From positions 62,001-126,000 of the forward strand of contig JANJGN010000071.1 of assembly GCA_026770705.1 (NCBI GenBank): a stretch of DNA of 64,000 nt, written 5' to 3'. Shown here one piece after another: positions 48,284-61,196 of the stretch. Each line of letters begins with the position of its first letter. Position 1 is the first letter of the stretch. Below the pieces are notes generated by a model that saw nothing but the letters and a program-made list of their open reading frames with translations, did not search any database and was not told where the DNA came from. Made by a program: the position numbers and the translations under genes. Source of the stretch: Isurus oxyrinchus. Taxonomy: Eukaryota.

Positions 48284-51200
48284 ATGTCCACGAAATTCCC
48301 CAGTTTGAACCGGGATGTAGCTGACCGACTATCTGATTTCAGAATGTTTAAACAGCGTACAGAACTCTGGTTTCCTGATTCAGGTGTGACTGAACCAGAC
48401 GAACAAGCCATAAAAATTCACCTCGCGATTGGGAATGAAGGTCTACCCAGGCTGAACACATCAGGATTAACAGCAGAAGAGCGAAAGGATCCCCAATAGA
48501 TATGGACGACATTGGAAGACAGGTTCAGAATCACGTTAAACTCCACATTCATCAGCTAGAGTTTATGTCATTTCATCAGCCTACACAATCCATAGACCAC
48601 TTCATCAGCCGATGTAGAGAAAAGGGTACGCACTGTGATTTCAAACACAGAGTCTGCAGACACAGTTGTTGAGTTGGTGATCGCATCCACTCCCATGGAA
48701 GCCTTCCAGAAAGATCTGCTAGATAAGACCAAAACCTATAGCATTGAAGAGCTACTCAAGGATGGACATAAATACGAAGTGATCCTGGCAGGTCAACGAA
48801 GCTTACAGGTCCTCAGTACAACATCAATTGTTGACACACTCACTAGAACATCCAAACCTAGTGAGACGTGTGGAAGGTGTGGCCTTCTGCAGGCACCAAG
48901 GAAATGCCCAGCTTTCCACCAATCCTGCAAGGCTTGTGGCAGAAAGGGCCATTGACAGCGGCAGGGCACTAGAGCAAAGGCTGATGCAGCTACAAAGAGC
49001 CATGCGCTGATCCAAACAGACCCTACACAACGGGGAACCTTCAATCAATAAGAATGACCATCCGCTATCCCATCAGGAACATATACATGTGGTGACTGAC
49101 AAACCAGGAAATGGCGATGATGTACACGGTGAGACGAGGAGCGGTGATCGATATTCCACCTCTCACACATATCCTGACGTGGCTTGCCAATAAATTGTGG
49201 TTTGTTGTCCTTAATGATCTCTCTGGGCACATCAAATAAACTGAAAATGTCCCATAGTGGTGGGATTTTCTGGCCCCACCCACTGCCAGGATTGTCCGGT
49301 CCGGCCGAAAGCCAATGGATTTATATTTGTCCCAATCTCCCAAGGCAGGTCCCACCATGACCGGGCCGGAAAACCCCGGCCTAGAGTTTGTGCAACATTT
49401 GTGCTCAACGTTTTGTGCAATTGTTGAACAATTTCACACCTTTTACACCATCAATCTCACAGAGAACAGATGCTGTCACATCACCCGCACTATTGGCCAA
49501 GATTCCAATTATCTGCCCTGAGAAAGTTGCTACCTCTCCTTTATTGGCCAAGATTGACACAAGGGCAAGTGCCAACATTCCCCTCCCCCAGACCACCCCA
49601 GTAAATTTTCAAAGACATGTATCCAAGGACATGGAAGTCCATGGGGAAACCTACTGCTGTGTACAACAATTCACCAACTCCATGTGCGGAATACATAGTC
49701 CTGGGGTGCAAGTACAATCAATCCTCCTGGGTGTCACAGATGTTCTACATCGTGGAGACTAAAGGCTGAACAATTGCAAGTCTACCGGCATGCGGTGACC
49801 TCACACTAGTGACAATCCATGGAATCTGTCAGAACTGACATGGGTCAACCTCAGAAACTACCCCATCAACTCAGTTCATGGACATAACATTGAAATATGC
49901 AGAAAGTTTCAACAGTATTTGCAGTTTCAAGGGAGCTGCAACATTACACCTGCAGGAGAATGCAAGTCTGTCAATTGATCCAGTACATTTAGCACAACAG
50001 AAATGCCAGCAGCTACAAGAGGGGACAGTGAAAAAATCTACAGGAACTGTGGAAATATCATTGAAAGGGTGGCCTGATTCAACTTGACGTCATCGGGATA
50101 AGCGAGGCATCTCCCAGGGAGTCATTTTTAATGGCAGGCATCGCATCATACCAGAACCTTTGTGATGATATATTCTTCAACAACTTCATCCTTCACACAT
50201 GGGCACAGATCAGACAAGGAGACTCACAAGAGATACAGTCCCTGGCCGGGTATAAACAATGACCTTGAAGTCGTTGTAGGGAAGTTCGAGGCTTGTCAAG
50301 AGGATGAGCCAAGTCAAGACAAAGAACCACTGATTCCACAGGAAATTCCTGCCCATTCTTAGTCCAAAATCACATCTGAATCCTTTCATGTCCATGTCAC
50401 TGACTTCATCATCATCGTCGACAGCTTTACCAGATATCCCGTTATTCAAAAATAGCACACAACACACCGAGCACAACTGCTGCTTACACTCTAAGCACTA
50501 TTTTCAGTTTATTTGGTGAGCCTAGGGACATGATTACAGATAATCTGGAATATCAATCACACTACTTCTTCTCCTCATTACCCCAGATCTAACAGCCTAG
50601 CTGAATGAATGATTCACACAGTGAAATCCCTAATTCTCAAATGTAGACAGGCCAAGCAAGATCCACACATTGCAATGTTACATCTGAGATCGACACCTAC
50701 AACTGCAACTTTGTTAAATTCATTCATGGGATGTGGGAGTCACTGGTCAGGCCAGGATTTATTACCCATCCCTAATGTAAGAGTTAACCACATTGACGTG
50801 GAGTCTGGAGTCACATGTCGGCCAGACAATTTTGTTCCCTTAAGGGCACTGGTGAACAAGGTGGGATTTCCAACAATGGTTTTGTGGTCATCACTAGACT
50901 TTGAATTTCATCTTTTTATTAAATTCAAATTCCATCATCTATTATGACAGGATTTGAACCCATATGCTCAGGCCATTACCCTGGGTCTCTGAATTACTCG
51001 TCCAGCAACAATACCACTACACCATCACCTCACCTTATTCCATCACTGACAGAGAGCATGTTTGGTGGGCCAGTAGTGACCAATTTTGCTATTCTTACCC
51101 ATTCTACTCTCTCAGAAACCAGAGCGCAACTTTTAAAACTACAAGAGAAGATAAGGAATGTTCATGATAAAAATGGAGGTGCAGAGTTGCCAAGTTTACA

Positions 51201-51560
51201 GTTGGGACAAGTTCACATCCAGGATCCCACAGAAGGTTCATGACCACCAGCCGAGGTGACAAGGATTTGTGCAGAACCAAGGGCCTATGGAGTCAAACAC
51301 ACAAGGGCACAGCGGTGAGGCGGAACCGAGGATAAATCAGATCCATTCCCGCTCCTATTCCATCGAGGAGAAGATCCCACATGAAATCAGGATCAGCATC
51401 CAAGGGTAACAATCCCACAGATCACTGTGAGCAGTTAAAGACACCTCCGGACAAGGTAACCAGCACAAGATCTGGGTGTACCAGAAGGTCAAATCCACAC
51501 TTTAGAGACTCAAATATTCAACAGTTCCGTACACTTATGTAATTGTCAATAAATATGAAC
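48284..51560 (+). mobile_element. Decayed Gypsy/Ty3 internal region (gag, protease, integrase; RT largely deleted)
   Basis: CGRCG..CPAFHQSCKACGRKGH knuckle, KIDTRASANI protease site, SPHYPRSNSLAE integrase motif; many stops and frameshifts. Confidence 0.85.
50708..51030 (-). mobile_element. SINE inserted into the Gypsy integrase region
   Basis: Reverse-complement similarity to 24215-24572. Confidence 0.65.
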
Positions 51561-52674
51561 ATGATATGAGAAACCGCTTGCTCCCTATCCTTCTCAAAGA
51601 TCCATTCCTGCAGCAGGAGCCTGAAGAGATATTGAAAAGGGACTTAATTTATCGAATTGTAGAATGATCCGGAACAGAAGGAAGCCATTTGGCCCATCGA
51701 ACCTGTGCTGGGCCTTTGAAAGATCTGTCCAATTATTCCCACTCTCACCTCTGCTCTCTCCCCCACAGCCCTGCAAAATGTCCCCTTCAAGTATTTATCC
51801 AGTTCCTCTTCTGAAAGTTCCTGTTGAATCTGCTTCCACCGCCCTTTCAGGCAGTGAGTCAATGGTCTCTCTCTGAGCTGCAAAGTGATAAGTTTCAATG
51901 AAATATAAACTCTGCAGCAGATCAGAAACAATCATGATAACTCAGAATATTTGACAGTTTTACATACAGACAGCTTTGCCTCCCTTCTCTCTATCAGTTA
52001 TCTTGCTATCTTATCGAATTTTCTAGCATGGTGAGAATGGACAGGAAGTGTGACGCTGAACTGCCTGTCTAATCTAAGAGCTTCTGTGTTGTCTTCATGG
52101 GGAATTCTGATGAAAATCAGCAAGAGAGAAAAATTTTAGGGCATTGATATCGGAGTGCTTGCGTCAGGATAGACTTCATCCCCCAGTTTTTATCCCTGCT
52201 TCTCTATTCAGCCGATCGCTCCCCTGTCACTCGCTGACCTACACTGACTCCCAGTCCAGCAATGACTCAATTTTCAAAATCTCTTCATTGATTCCTTATC
52301 CCTCCATCCTCCCTCTCTACTCCCTATCACTGTCACCTCCTCCAGCCCTGAAACCCTTTGAGGTCTCTGCTGTCCTCCAATTCTGCTGTCAGACAGGGAG
52401 TCAGTGTATATCAGTGAGCACAGGGGTGATGGGTGAATGGGACTTGGTGTGAGTTTGTACACTGGCTCACTGCTGAATCGGTTCCCTATCAGAGCTCAAT
52501 AAGAATGATCTTTTACAAAGACTATTAGCCATAAGTCTGTCCAAGCTGACGATGATATTACCTTGGAGAAGTGACAGGAGGAAGTAAGATTTCCCGATCA
52601 TTGTCCACTCCCAGATATTCCTTTAGCTTCTCACTCTTAAACTGTGAAAGAGAAAGGAGTTAATGAGACCTCAC

Positions 52675-52763
52675 CTCTTGTCCGACAGCTCTCGAGAGAT
52701 CAGAACTGCTTTTAGACAATGTCTTCACAGACTAATTTGGTTCTCTGTGGGATGATAGGTGCT
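52675..52763 (-). other. Candidate non-coding 5' exon of gene 3 (another donor after 53052)
   Basis: ctgcag|..CAAGAG|gtgagg, conserved in the inverted copy at 58762-58850. No signal-peptide frame found. Confidence 0.4.
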
Positions 52764-53179
52764 CTGCAGAGAGTTAAAAAGCTTTAAAAAAATAAATCAA
52801 TGAAGGACTTGCATTTCTATATCGCCTTTCACTTCCTCAGGATGTCCCAAAGCTCATGTCTCTGCACTTCCCTCATCCCTTGAGCTAGAAAGATGTTCTG
52901 TACAACAGACTTGAGTCTCACACCCAGATCTCAATAATCAGTAGAAATCTTGCAAAGGCATCAATCATTGGAATCTGTCTTTATAAAGTCACATCATCAA
53001 CAAAGGACGGTGTTGGTTGTGGAAGTGAATTCCAATCGTTCCGTTACTTACCCAGGACCTGTCCGACTGCTTGCCTGGGGAGGAACTGCCCACACGCTCT
53101 GCTTGGGCTGAATGACCTCTTCCTGTGCTGCTGCCTCTGTGTATTTAATGAGAAAGGGTTGATGTGTCACTTTGAGACA

Positions 53180-53191
53180 AAATGAGGAAGT
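53180..53191 (+). promoter_or_regulatory. PU.1/ETS-like site upstream of gene 3's candidate first exon
   Basis: AAATGAGGAAGT, conserved in the inverted copy at 58333-58345. Confidence 0.4.
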
Positions 53192-53424
53192 TGGATCAAA
53201 GTGACAGAACAGGTCGTGTTTTGAGTTTTTTGAAGCTGTTAACCCTTTGCGTTCTGGACTTGTGATGATATTTCTGCTCAAAAGTGGAAAGTCATTGACC
53301 AGGAATTTCTCCTGTGTGTCACTGGATTTCGAATCCTCTCTCTCTCTCTGAGTGAGAAGGTCATCAGTTCGAAATTCATTTGGCAAAATTCAGGCTGGCA
53401 AACCAGACCGGCACTCGGTGTCAG

Positions 53425-53733
53425 GACTGAGAGTCCTGCACAGTCGGAGAGTCAGTACTGAGGGAGTGTTGCACTGTTGGACGGTCAGCACTGACTTAGT
53501 GCTGCACTGTCGGAGGTTCTGTACTGCGAGTGTTGCACTCTGGGTGTGCCAGTACTGAAGGAGTGCTGCACTGTCAGATGGTCAATGCTGAGGGAGCGCT
53601 ACACTTTTCAAGCATCAGCACTTAGGGGCTGCTGCACTATCAGGGGGTCATGACTAAGGGACCACTGCACAGTCGGAGGGTCCGTACCCAGGGAATGCTG
53701 CACTGTCGCAGGCTCAGTACCGAGGGAGTGCAA
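53425..53733 (+). repeat. Degenerate 33-bp minisatellite
   Basis: About 9 diverged units. Confidence 0.8.
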
Positions 53734-54819
53734 ACTAAAGTAGTGACAAGCGTTGAATAAACTGGCGATGAGGTGAAAAACAAGGAAGAAAAAGCAAGGA
53801 ATGAGAGCAAGGGAACTGAAATCGGGCTGTGCCTCACGCAGTGATTATAAATATAATTTCCATAAGGAAACCCCCCAGAAAGACTGAATTTGTAAATTAC
53901 TGATCTGTGTAAATCATTTGATACTTTGAGAAAATTGTAAAAGTAAGTGTAAAATGTATTTCTGAGTAAAGGGGGAGGGTGGTGGTAATCTGATGTGTGA
54001 TATACCTTTAAGAAGAAGGTTACAATGGAAGATAACATGAGCTCAGTGTTGTGGTGTGTTCTCAGAATCAACCTCAGGCCTGGCTAAAAACAGAACTCTA
54101 CCCATTACAGGGAAACCATCTTTTTTGTTCACAGAGTTAGTCACGTACACATTGGGTTATTTAAATTCAAATCTTGTCAGTACATAATCACATAATAAGC
54201 AGATGTTCCCAGTCCCAGGTACATATCTGCTCCTTACCCAAGCAAGAGCTGTTTATCTCGTTCTAGCCTGGTGCTGTTTGCCTTTACCTTATCTGTTTAC
54301 CCTCAGAATCTCTTTATGTCTCTTCTCGAGTTAATCCCTCGTGATCTTCAAGGCCTTTCTGGAGAGTTCTGCTGATGTCAGCCCCATGGTGCACAAGATT
54401 CACCTGGAGAATTCTGCTGACCTTTGGTTTTCACTAATAGAAGTCCCTGTTTAACTCTTATATCAGTGTCCAACAGCCGAGTGGCGCAGGTACCTCAGTA
54501 GTCGGTCACCTTTGGTTAGAGCCTGTAATGCGGAGACAGGGCTTGAGTTGAAAGCACACAAGTGTAGCTGCTGAGTTCCTTTGTAAATAAGCAGAATGTG
54601 TTTCATCTAAGAACTGTCTGCTGATCTACTCTGTCTATTGTACCTACTCAGCCTCTCCAAAACAAGCCTGGATCCATAAGTCCCAACAAACTCGTTACCA
54701 GCATCCAACAGTATCAATAATTAATGTATGTATTGTGGGTGGAATTTTCGATTTGGTTCAATAATACTAAACACTGATCACTCTGATTGTCACTCTGATC
54801 ATTTCTGTTTCTATTACAG

Positions 54820-54936
54820 AAGAAAGATGAGAAGGATCTGGAAATGAAATCTAACCGCGGAGTCAATCCTGATACAGATGATGATCTTTACGCAAACTGT
54901 GATTTTGCCAAGGATTCTGTTTATGGGAATTTATAA
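54820..54936 (+). CDS. Orphan terminal cytoplasmic exon with two tyrosine motifs
   Basis: Pyrimidine tract plus acag|, phase 0. Encodes KKDEKDLEMKSNRGVNPDTDDDLYANCDFAKDSVYGNL-stop. Confidence 0.6.
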   Translation, partial: KKDEKDLEMKSNRGVNPDTDDDLYANCDFAKDSVYGNL

Positions 54937-55989
54937 ACTGAGTAAGAATGAGACACACACAGTGTGGGGAGAATACAGAATGGGAGAATCATTCAAAACT
55001 CCAATTTACCTTCCTAATATCCACAGGAACTCACTCCCAGGAAATAGATTTAAACCTCTTGTTACAATCTGATGGAATTTCTTTGGAATGATCTATCCAG
55101 GATGATTGTCTGTGGGTTTCAATTCAAACATCCTCCTTCAGATTTGTCCCTCACTGTTGGAAACATCCTTCTCTCCAATCTGATTGTAAATGTCTTTAGA
55201 TATCGTTCGATGATGTACCAGGACAGAACGGACAAATTCAATCCCGTGTCCTTGATTATGAGTTAATTTTCATTCTGTTATTCACCTTCCTGTCTGTCAG
55301 TGTTTACAGAATATTCATCAGCCAGTGTAGACTTCAGGAAATGCAGGATCGGTGGATAATTGGAGCAGAAGAGATTGGTAAAATTTACTCAGCATTTTGT
55401 AGTCAAATGTATTTTCAGATATATATTTGGATTTTACACTTCATCGTTAAAGAGCAAAACCATCAGCAATCCCGGAAACAGGGAAACAATTTGATTGGAG
55501 ATTTGAGAAATTCTCTGCAGCTCAGAGGATAACAGATGTGATACAGTGCCACCACTGGTGGCAGGACATCATTTCAGCGTGACATGTTTACATTGATGTT
55601 GCCAATGAACATAGGAAATTATGATGTGAAAAATTGGTTGCAGGTTTACCTTCTTCAATATGTCATGGATGGATGAGACAGCTTTGACAACAGAATGAGA
55701 TATAGCTGCAATAAACCATCATTTTAGTCTTTCACACTTGGAGAGTACAATGAGCATCCATCCTGAAGGCTGAGTGGATGGGTGGACTGTGCGATGTGTT
55801 ACAGATCACAGAGACCAACATCCTTGATCCTGGTTCTGCTCTGTGTTTGATGAGATACTTGGATAAAAGATTGGGAAAATAAATAATCCTCCGGCATTAA
55901 CCTGTAACTGGTCTCTCCTTCTGTCAATGTCCTGAGGACAGAATTGGGTTCGAGGTCCAAAATCAGACATTCTTTGACTGCCCATTGAA

Positions 55990-58240
55990 TAGGAACAGGA
56001 GGAGGCCATTCAGCCTCCTCGAACCTGCTACACAGGAACAAGAGGGCACCTGATACAAAAACAGAAAATGCTGGAGAAACTGAGTTGGTCTGGCAGCATC
56101 TGTGCAGAGATAAACAGAATTAACATTTTGTGTCCTTATGACCCTTCTTCAGAGTCTATAAGCAAGAAGTCTGTTTCTCTCTCCACAGCTGCTACCAGAC
56201 CTGCTGAGTTAATGCAGCATTTTCTGTTTTTATTTCAGATTTACAGCATCTGCAGTATTTATTTTTAATGACAGGAGGACATTCAGCCTCTTGATCCTGT
56301 TACACAGGAACAGCAGGAGGCCATTCAGCCCCCTCGAGCCTGTTACACAGGAACAGGAGGAGGCACATTCAGCCCCTCGAGCCTGTTACACAGGAACAGG
56401 AGGAGGCCCATTCAGCCCCCTCGAGCCTGTTACACAGGAACAGGAAGAGGCCCATTCAGCCTCTTGATCCTGTTACACAGGAACAGCAGGAGGCCATTCA
56501 GCCCCCTCGTACCTGTTACACAGGAACAGGAGGAGGCCCATTCATTCCCTCGAGCCTGTTACACAGGTACAGGAGGAGGCCCATTCAGCCCCCTCGAGCT
56601 TGTTACACAGGAACAGGAGGAGGCCCATTCATTCCCTCAAGCCTGTTACACAGGAACAGGAGGAGGACCATTCAGCCACTCAAGCCTGTTACATGAGGAC
56701 AGGAGAAAGCCCATCAGCCTCTTGAGCCTATTATACAGGAACAGGAAAAGGACATTCAGTCCCTCAACACCCTTCCACAGGAACAGGAGAGAGTCTCAGC
56801 TCCTCGAGCCTGTTACCCAGGAACAGGAAGAGGACATTCAGTCTCTCAACCCACTTCCACAGGAATAGGAAATCCATTCAGTCCCTCGTGCCTGTTACAC
56901 AGGAAAAGGAGGAGGCCCATTCTGTTCCCTCGAGCCTGTTACACAGGAACAGGAGGAGGCCCATTCTGTCCCCTTGAGCCTGTTACACAGGTACAGGAGA
57001 CCCATTCAGCCTCCACAAGCTTGTTACACAGGAACATTAGGGGCTCCATTTAGCCCCATCAAGCCTGTTACACAGGAACAGGAGGAGGCCCATTCAGCCC
57101 CCTCGAGCCTGTTACACAGGAACAGGAAGAGGCCCATTCAGCCTCTTGATCCTGTTACACAGGAACAGCAGGAGGCCATTCAGCCCCCTCGTACCTGTAA
57201 CACAGGAACAGGAGGAGGCCCATTCATTCCCTCGAGCCTGTTACACAGGTACAGGAGGAGGCCCATTCAGCCCCCTCGAGCTTGTTACACAGGAACAGGA
57301 GGAGGCCCATTCATTCCCTCAAGCCTGTTACACAGGAACAGGAGGAGGACCATTCAGCCACTCAAGCCTGTTACATGAGGACAGGAGAAAGCCCATCAGC
57401 CTCTTGAGCCTATTATACAGGAACAGGAAAAGGACATTCAGTCCCTCAACACCCTTCCACAGGAACAGGAGAGAGTCTCAGCTCCTCGAGCCTGTTACCC
57501 AGGAACAGGAAGAGGACATTCAGTCTCTCAACCCACTTCCACAGGAATAGGAAATCCATTCAGTCCCTCGTGCCTGTTACACAGGAAAAGGAGGAGGCCC
57601 ATTCTGTTCCCTCGAGCCTGTTACACAGGAACAGGAGGAGGCCCATTCTGTCCCCTTGAGCCTGTTACACAGGTACAGGAGACCCATTCAGCCTCCACAA
57701 GCTTGTTACACAGGAACATTAGGGGCTCCATTTAGCCCCATCAAGCCTGTTACACAGGAACAGGAGGAGGCCCATTCAGCCACTCAAGCCTGTTAGATAG
57801 GAACAGGTGGAGGCCCATTCAGCCCCATGATGCTGTTACACAGGAACAGGAGGAGGCCCATTCTGTCCCCTTGAACCTGTTACACAGGAACAGGAGGCGG
57901 CCCATTCAGACCATCTAACCTGTAACACAGGAAAACAAGGAGATCCATTCAGCCTCTTGAGCCTGTTACACAGGAACAGGAGGAGGCCGATTCGGACACT
58001 CGAGCCTGTTACACAAGGACAGGGGGAGGGCATTCAGCACCTGGAGCCTGTTACACAGGAACAGGAGGAGGCACATTCAGCCCTGCCAAAGACTGTTACA
58101 CAGGAACAGGGGGAGGCTTAATCAGCCACACAATCATGTCACACTGGAACAGGAGGAGGCACATTTAGACCCCTCGAGCCTGTTACACAGGAACAGGAGG
58201 AGGCCCATTCAAACCCTCGAGCTTGTTGCATATGAACAGT
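55990..58240 (+). repeat. ~43-bp minisatellite with an internal 682-bp higher-order duplication
   Basis: Tandem units. ORFs 56464-56868 and 57146-57550 have identical translations. Confidence 0.95.
56055..56268. mobile_element. Short inverted-repeat element, possibly Penelope-derived (related copies ~19800-19890, 29697-29845, 36777-36872, 60510-60650)
   Basis: AAAAACAGAAAATGCTG..GTCTGGCAGC arm and its reverse complement about 100 bp later. Confidence 0.6.
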
Positions 58241-58332
58241 CGATGGCCCTTCAACCACATTATTGGCACGCAAAGGGTTAACAGTTTTCTAACAGTGCGA
58301 GGCAAAGAGTTGCTTTCTCACTTGGTACCAAG

Positions 58333-58352
58333 CACTTCCTCATTTTGACTCA
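58333..58352 (-). promoter_or_regulatory. PU.1/ETS-like site with adjacent AP-1 site upstream of gene 4's candidate first exon (donor after 58473)
   Basis: CACTTCCTCATTT followed by TGACTCA. Confidence 0.4.
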
Positions 58353-58761
58353 CAGTGACACATGCACCCTTTTTAATTAAACACAAATAGGGAGCAGCAC
58401 AGGAAGAGGTCATTCAGCCCAAGCAGAGCGTGTGGGCAGTTCCTCCCCAGGCGAGCAGTCGGACAGGTCCTGGGTAAGTAACGGAACGATTGGAATTCAC
58501 TTCCACCACCAACACTGTCCTTTGTTGATGTTGTGACTTTATAAAGACAGATTCCAATGATTGATGCCTTTGAAAGATTTTTACTGATTATTGAATTCTG
58601 GGTGTGAGACTCAAGTCTGTTGTACAGAACATCTTTCTAGCTCAAGGGATGAGAGAACTGCAGAGACATGAGCTTTGGGATGTCCTGAGATAGTGAAAGG
58701 TGCTATAGAAATGCAAATCAATCATTGTTTGTCTTACTTAAAGACTTGTAACTCTCTGCAG

Positions 58762-58850
58762 AGCACCTATCATCCCACAGAGAATCAAATTAGTCTATGA
58801 AGACATTGTCTAAAAGCAGTTCTGATCTCTCGAGAGCTGTCGGACAAGAG
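58762..58850 (+). other. Candidate 5' exon of gene 4
   Basis: AG/GT-bounded paralog of 52675-52763. The ATG at 58797 gives a hydrophilic phase-0 peptide incompatible with the phase-1 V exon. Confidence 0.4.
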
Positions 58851-59665
58851 GTGAGGTCTCATTAACTCCTTTCTCTTTCACAGCTTGAGAGTGAGAAGTG
58901 GATGGAATATCTGGGAGTGGACGATGGTCGGGAAATCTTACTTCCTCCTGTAACTTCTCCAAGGTAATATCATCGTCAGCTTGGACAGATTTATGTTTAA
59001 CAGTCTTTGTAAAAGATCATTCTTATCTCTTTATCTCTGTAACCTCCTGCAACTCACCCAAACAACTTCCCAGATCTCTGTGTTACTCCAATTCCGGCCT
59101 CTTGACCATCCCCCAATTCCCATCACTCCAATACTGGCGGCCGGGCCTTCAGCTGCCTGGGGCCTGAGCTCTGGAATTCACTCCCTAAACCTCGGGATGG
59201 AGGAGCTCAGAGGGTTTCATTTTACTGAGAATCACCACGACCACATCACAGCTGCAGTCAGAATAGACAGAGAGTCCAGCTCTCACTCTTCCTGCACAGT
59301 TTCACCATAGCAACCACAATATGGAAATTTAAAAATACTGAAAGTTAAACCGAAGCTCAAACCAGTCAGTGTAGAGAGATGAGATGTTTACACAGTTTCC
59401 CTGTGTGTCTTGTAGACACTGTGTTGGGTGGAAGACTGGCTTCACTAAACAGGGTCCTGAGGACCATGAGCCAATGTAGAATGAACTTGTCCACTCCTGT
59501 GTCCAGGATTCTCTTCCCTCCGTTGTGAAACCTTGGGGAGTTCCTTGTGTGTCCTGTAGATGGTCCACACTGCAGCCACTGTGCCCCAGTGATGGAGGGG
59601 GTGGATATCGAGTCTAGTGGATCTACAAACCTTCCAGAGTTAAATATTGACATTTCTCTCCATAG

Positions 59666-60040
59666 TTGGACTGTCACAAGATTGAAAAGGCGACACTTCA
59701 CGAGAGGTGACAGCGCAGGATGGTTCGTGTGTACAGATTCCATGTCATTACAGTTACTTATCAAATTTCATAGGGAGATCACGTGTCGGAATCTGCTTGA
59801 AAGGAATAGATGGGAACCCACAGCCGAAATGGTCTATAGCCTTTCATTCCGAGGGTCACAGTCACAGGGATCAAAGATTCCACCATCGGACCCGGCTGTC
59901 TGGAGACCTGAAAGATGGCGACTGTTCCCTGATTATAAACAACATCAGACGGGAAGATGCAGGACCTTATTTTTTCAGAATAGAATTTGACAGCAGGAAT
60001 AGATACAACTATTACCCTGTAACCCAGCTTGACGTTTCTG
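59666..60040 (+). pseudogene. Gene 4 V-set exon with a premature stop
   Basis: catag|TT GGA CTG TCA CAA GAT TGA: TGA at 59683-59685 where paralogs have Trp. C-strand Trp is replaced by Cys. YFFRIE is retained. Confidence 0.85.
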
Positions 60041-60899
60041 GTAAGTGCTGTGTTATGATTACTCAACAATTCACATTCAACACTCAATGGGAGATAACAC
60101 AAACTGTGACGTTTACATATTAACACAAAACGCAGCTTATTATAACTTGCTATCTGATTCTCAATAACCTGGTGATAGCTTCCAGTTCAGTCCTAAAGCA
60201 ACCTCTAATACTCACTTTAATATCAATGATGAAAAGCATTAACTGTATTATCAGGTTATCCACTCTCATCAATCTCTCCTGTCCTGTTTAAAAGTCTGAC
60301 GTATCGATTAAAGAAAGATGTGCATTTCTGCAGCGCAATTTACCACCTCAGGAGGATCCAAATCCCTTCACAGCCATTGAAATTATTCCTGAATTGTAGT
60401 CACAGATGTAAAACACAGCAGGCAGTTTGTGCACAGCAAGATCCAACAAACCACAAGGTGATAAATCACCCAGATCACTGAGGAAATGAGAAGCCAGTGA
60501 ACTCAAACCTCTGGTCTGATGAAGAGTCATACGGACTCGAAACGTTAACCCTGTCTTCCTCTCCACTGATACTGTCAGACCTGCTGAGTCTTTCCAGCAA
60601 TTTTTGTTTTGGTTTCAGATTTCCAGCATCCGCAGTATTCTGCTTTTAACTCCAATCTCTGGTCTGAGCCTCTTCTCTCATCCAGTATTCTCAATTCACA
60701 TGTCTCGGAGTGAACGTGTATTAAGCTGAGAGACAGAAACACTACTGCCAAAGAGCAAGAAAATCTTTCCTAATCATTGTAACCTCTCAGTTCTGATATC
60801 ATCCTTGTAAAAGTGCTTTCTCTTGTGGGACTGTGATTTCTATTTGAACTGATGCTTCACGTTATATTTCTCTAAAAGGACCCATTCTCTGTCTGTTAG

Positions 60900-61196
60900 A
60901 TTTCACAGATAAACCCATGATATTCCCTGCTGAAATTATTGCAGGAAAGCATGTGGATGTAAGCTGCACCTTCAACACAACATGCAATGGAACAGCAGCA
61001 CCTGTCTTAACCTGGGAAACTCCCACTGACGTACCTGGATCAGTCTCAAACACTGTAACTCAGCATGGTGTCACTCTGACCTATACTTCTGTTCTGACCC
61101 TGATCCCATCACTCAAACACCACGGACACACTCTCAGCTGCAGAGTGAGATATCCATCTGTTTCATCGGAGCGGACCCTCGTACTAACTGTGCAAT
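60900..61196 (+). pseudogene. Gene 4 C2-set exon (open frame)
   Basis: 297 nt, near-identical to 40083-40379. Donor is T|gtaatt. Confidence 0.85.

Noticed and set aside
54047-54710. Possible solo LTR (TGTTG...CAACA)
   Set aside because: No target-site duplication or second copy was found, so it cannot be supported.
55990-58240. CRISPR-like regular repeats and repeated ORFs
   Set aside because: Units are directly tandem without unique spacers, no cas genes are present, and the context is vertebrate.
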